In this document: piece after piece, positions 62,931 through 64,000 of the stretch
Layout of the letters: every line of letters begins with the position of its first letter
How positions within the stretch are numbered: the first letter of the stretch is position 1
Assembly: GCF_000315625.1 (NCBI RefSeq)
Contig: NW_005434670.1
Span: 558,016 to 622,015, forward strand
Length of the DNA stretch: 64,000 nucleotides
Source of the DNA: Guillardia theta CCMP2712
Lineage: Eukaryota > Protista > Cryptophyta
Direction of reading: 5' to 3'
Notes under the pieces: model-generated
Database searches by the model: none
What the model was told of the DNA's origin: nothing
Seen by the model: the letters and a program-made list of their open reading frames with translations, nothing else
Translations under genes and position numbers: made by a program

Positions 62931-63166
62931 ATGACCATGTTGATCGCCTCCGATGCCTTAGAGGCCTACCTCCTGCGGGACCCTGCCTTCCTCGGCTCCA
63001 GCTCACCTGGGCTCGACGGGGAGTGGCTGCCCCCCTGCCTTCAGTTCGGCAAGGTCTGGCGGAGGACAAGCAGGGAGCTCGTGCTCTCCTATTACCCCTC
63101 CTTGCTCAGCAACCACTACCTCTCTTCCATCTATGGCGTGCAGCTTCCCCCAGCATCCGACGCCTC
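62931..63166 (+). CDS. Hypothetical coding fragment running into an N gap
   Basis: MTMLIASDALEAYLLRDPAFLG... with GC3-rich codons. Confidence 0.3.
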
Positions 63167-64000
63167 NNNNNNNNNNNNNNNNNNNNNNNNNNNNNNNNNN
63201 NNNNNNNNNNNNNNNNNNNNNNNNNNNNNNNNNNNNNNNNNNNNNNNNNNNNNNNNNNNNNNNNNNCTAGGGCCCATCTCTCTTTCCTTCTTGCATGATA
63301 TCCAGTAGTCTTCTTCGTTTTCAATTCCTTTCTCCTCCACCTTTTTCTTCGCCTCCTCTTCCTGGATTGAAAGTTACTCGGAGCAGGCAGCGACATCAAG
63401 CCTGTAAGGATGGGGAGGGAGGAGGACGCGAACGTTTCCAGCATCTTCTCCAGTCCGTTGCGATTCAGCCCCCCTAGCAGGCGAGAGAGGCGGAGCAGCG
63501 AAGGTACTTTCCTCATCCCTTTCCTCTTCTCCCTCCTGCTGCTCCTCTTCCCCTTCTCTCTCCCTCTCTCTCTCTGCCCTTGTCTCCCCCCTGTCACTCT
63601 CACTCTCACTCTCACTCTCGCGCTCCTCCTCCCCTTCTCTTTCTCCCTTCTCCCCCTCCTCTTTGCCACGGCTCGTGGTGTAACTCCCGGAGCAGAAGGG
63701 AAGCCGCTCGGAGCGGTCTCCTCCCCTGAGGTCCAGCGGTTCTCAAGGTTCCTCTCAGACAAGGAAGTCCTCTCCTCCTCCTCTACGAGTGAGCGCAGGC
63801 AATCTGATTCCTCCACTCACTCGCCTTGTGCTAGCAGGACGTGAAGGTGAAGGTCCCAGGAGGTAGACTGGAAGGCTGAGGCAAGGTAGGACGGCTAGGG
63901 GGAGAGTCCGGGAGCGTGCAGAATGAGGGAGTAAAGGAAGACGAGGAGGAGGAGGAGGAGGGAGCCAGGGGAGGTCGAAGAGAGGAGGTGAAAGAGTAAG

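Overview
Eukaryotic nuclear scaffold from a GC-rich, intron-dense alga. Short ~50-nt GT-AG introns, microsatellite-filled introns and bipartite signal+F plastid-targeting presequences suggest a cryptophyte such as Guillardia theta (inference). The window has five N gaps. Recognisable genes: UXT/SLC35E3-like nucleotide-sugar transporter, RPL37A (eL43), NUP205, BLOC1S2, a DUF1445/D-glutamate cyclase family protein, histone H3, a PH-domain protein, CWC15, an aquaporin, a plastid-targeted CrtL-type lycopene cyclase, a globular-domain-less histone H1-like protein and a NEK kinase. There is also a 5'-truncated CRE-clade (RLE) non-LTR retrotransposon and several hypothetical genes. The main observation concerns the two histone genes (H3 and H1-like, 25 kb apart). 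Each has, in its sense-strand 3' UTR, a histone-type stem-loop (GGTGTT-loop-AACACC) followed 8-10 nt later by a ~47-nt miniature tRNA-like element. That element has an acceptor-like stem, a GG-containing mini D-arm and a canonical GGTTCGA(A/G)TCC T-arm, but no anticodon arm. The two elements conserve structure but not stem sequence. This suggests a U7-independent, mascRNA-like (RNase P) route to histone mRNA 3'-end formation, which is a hypothesis to test.
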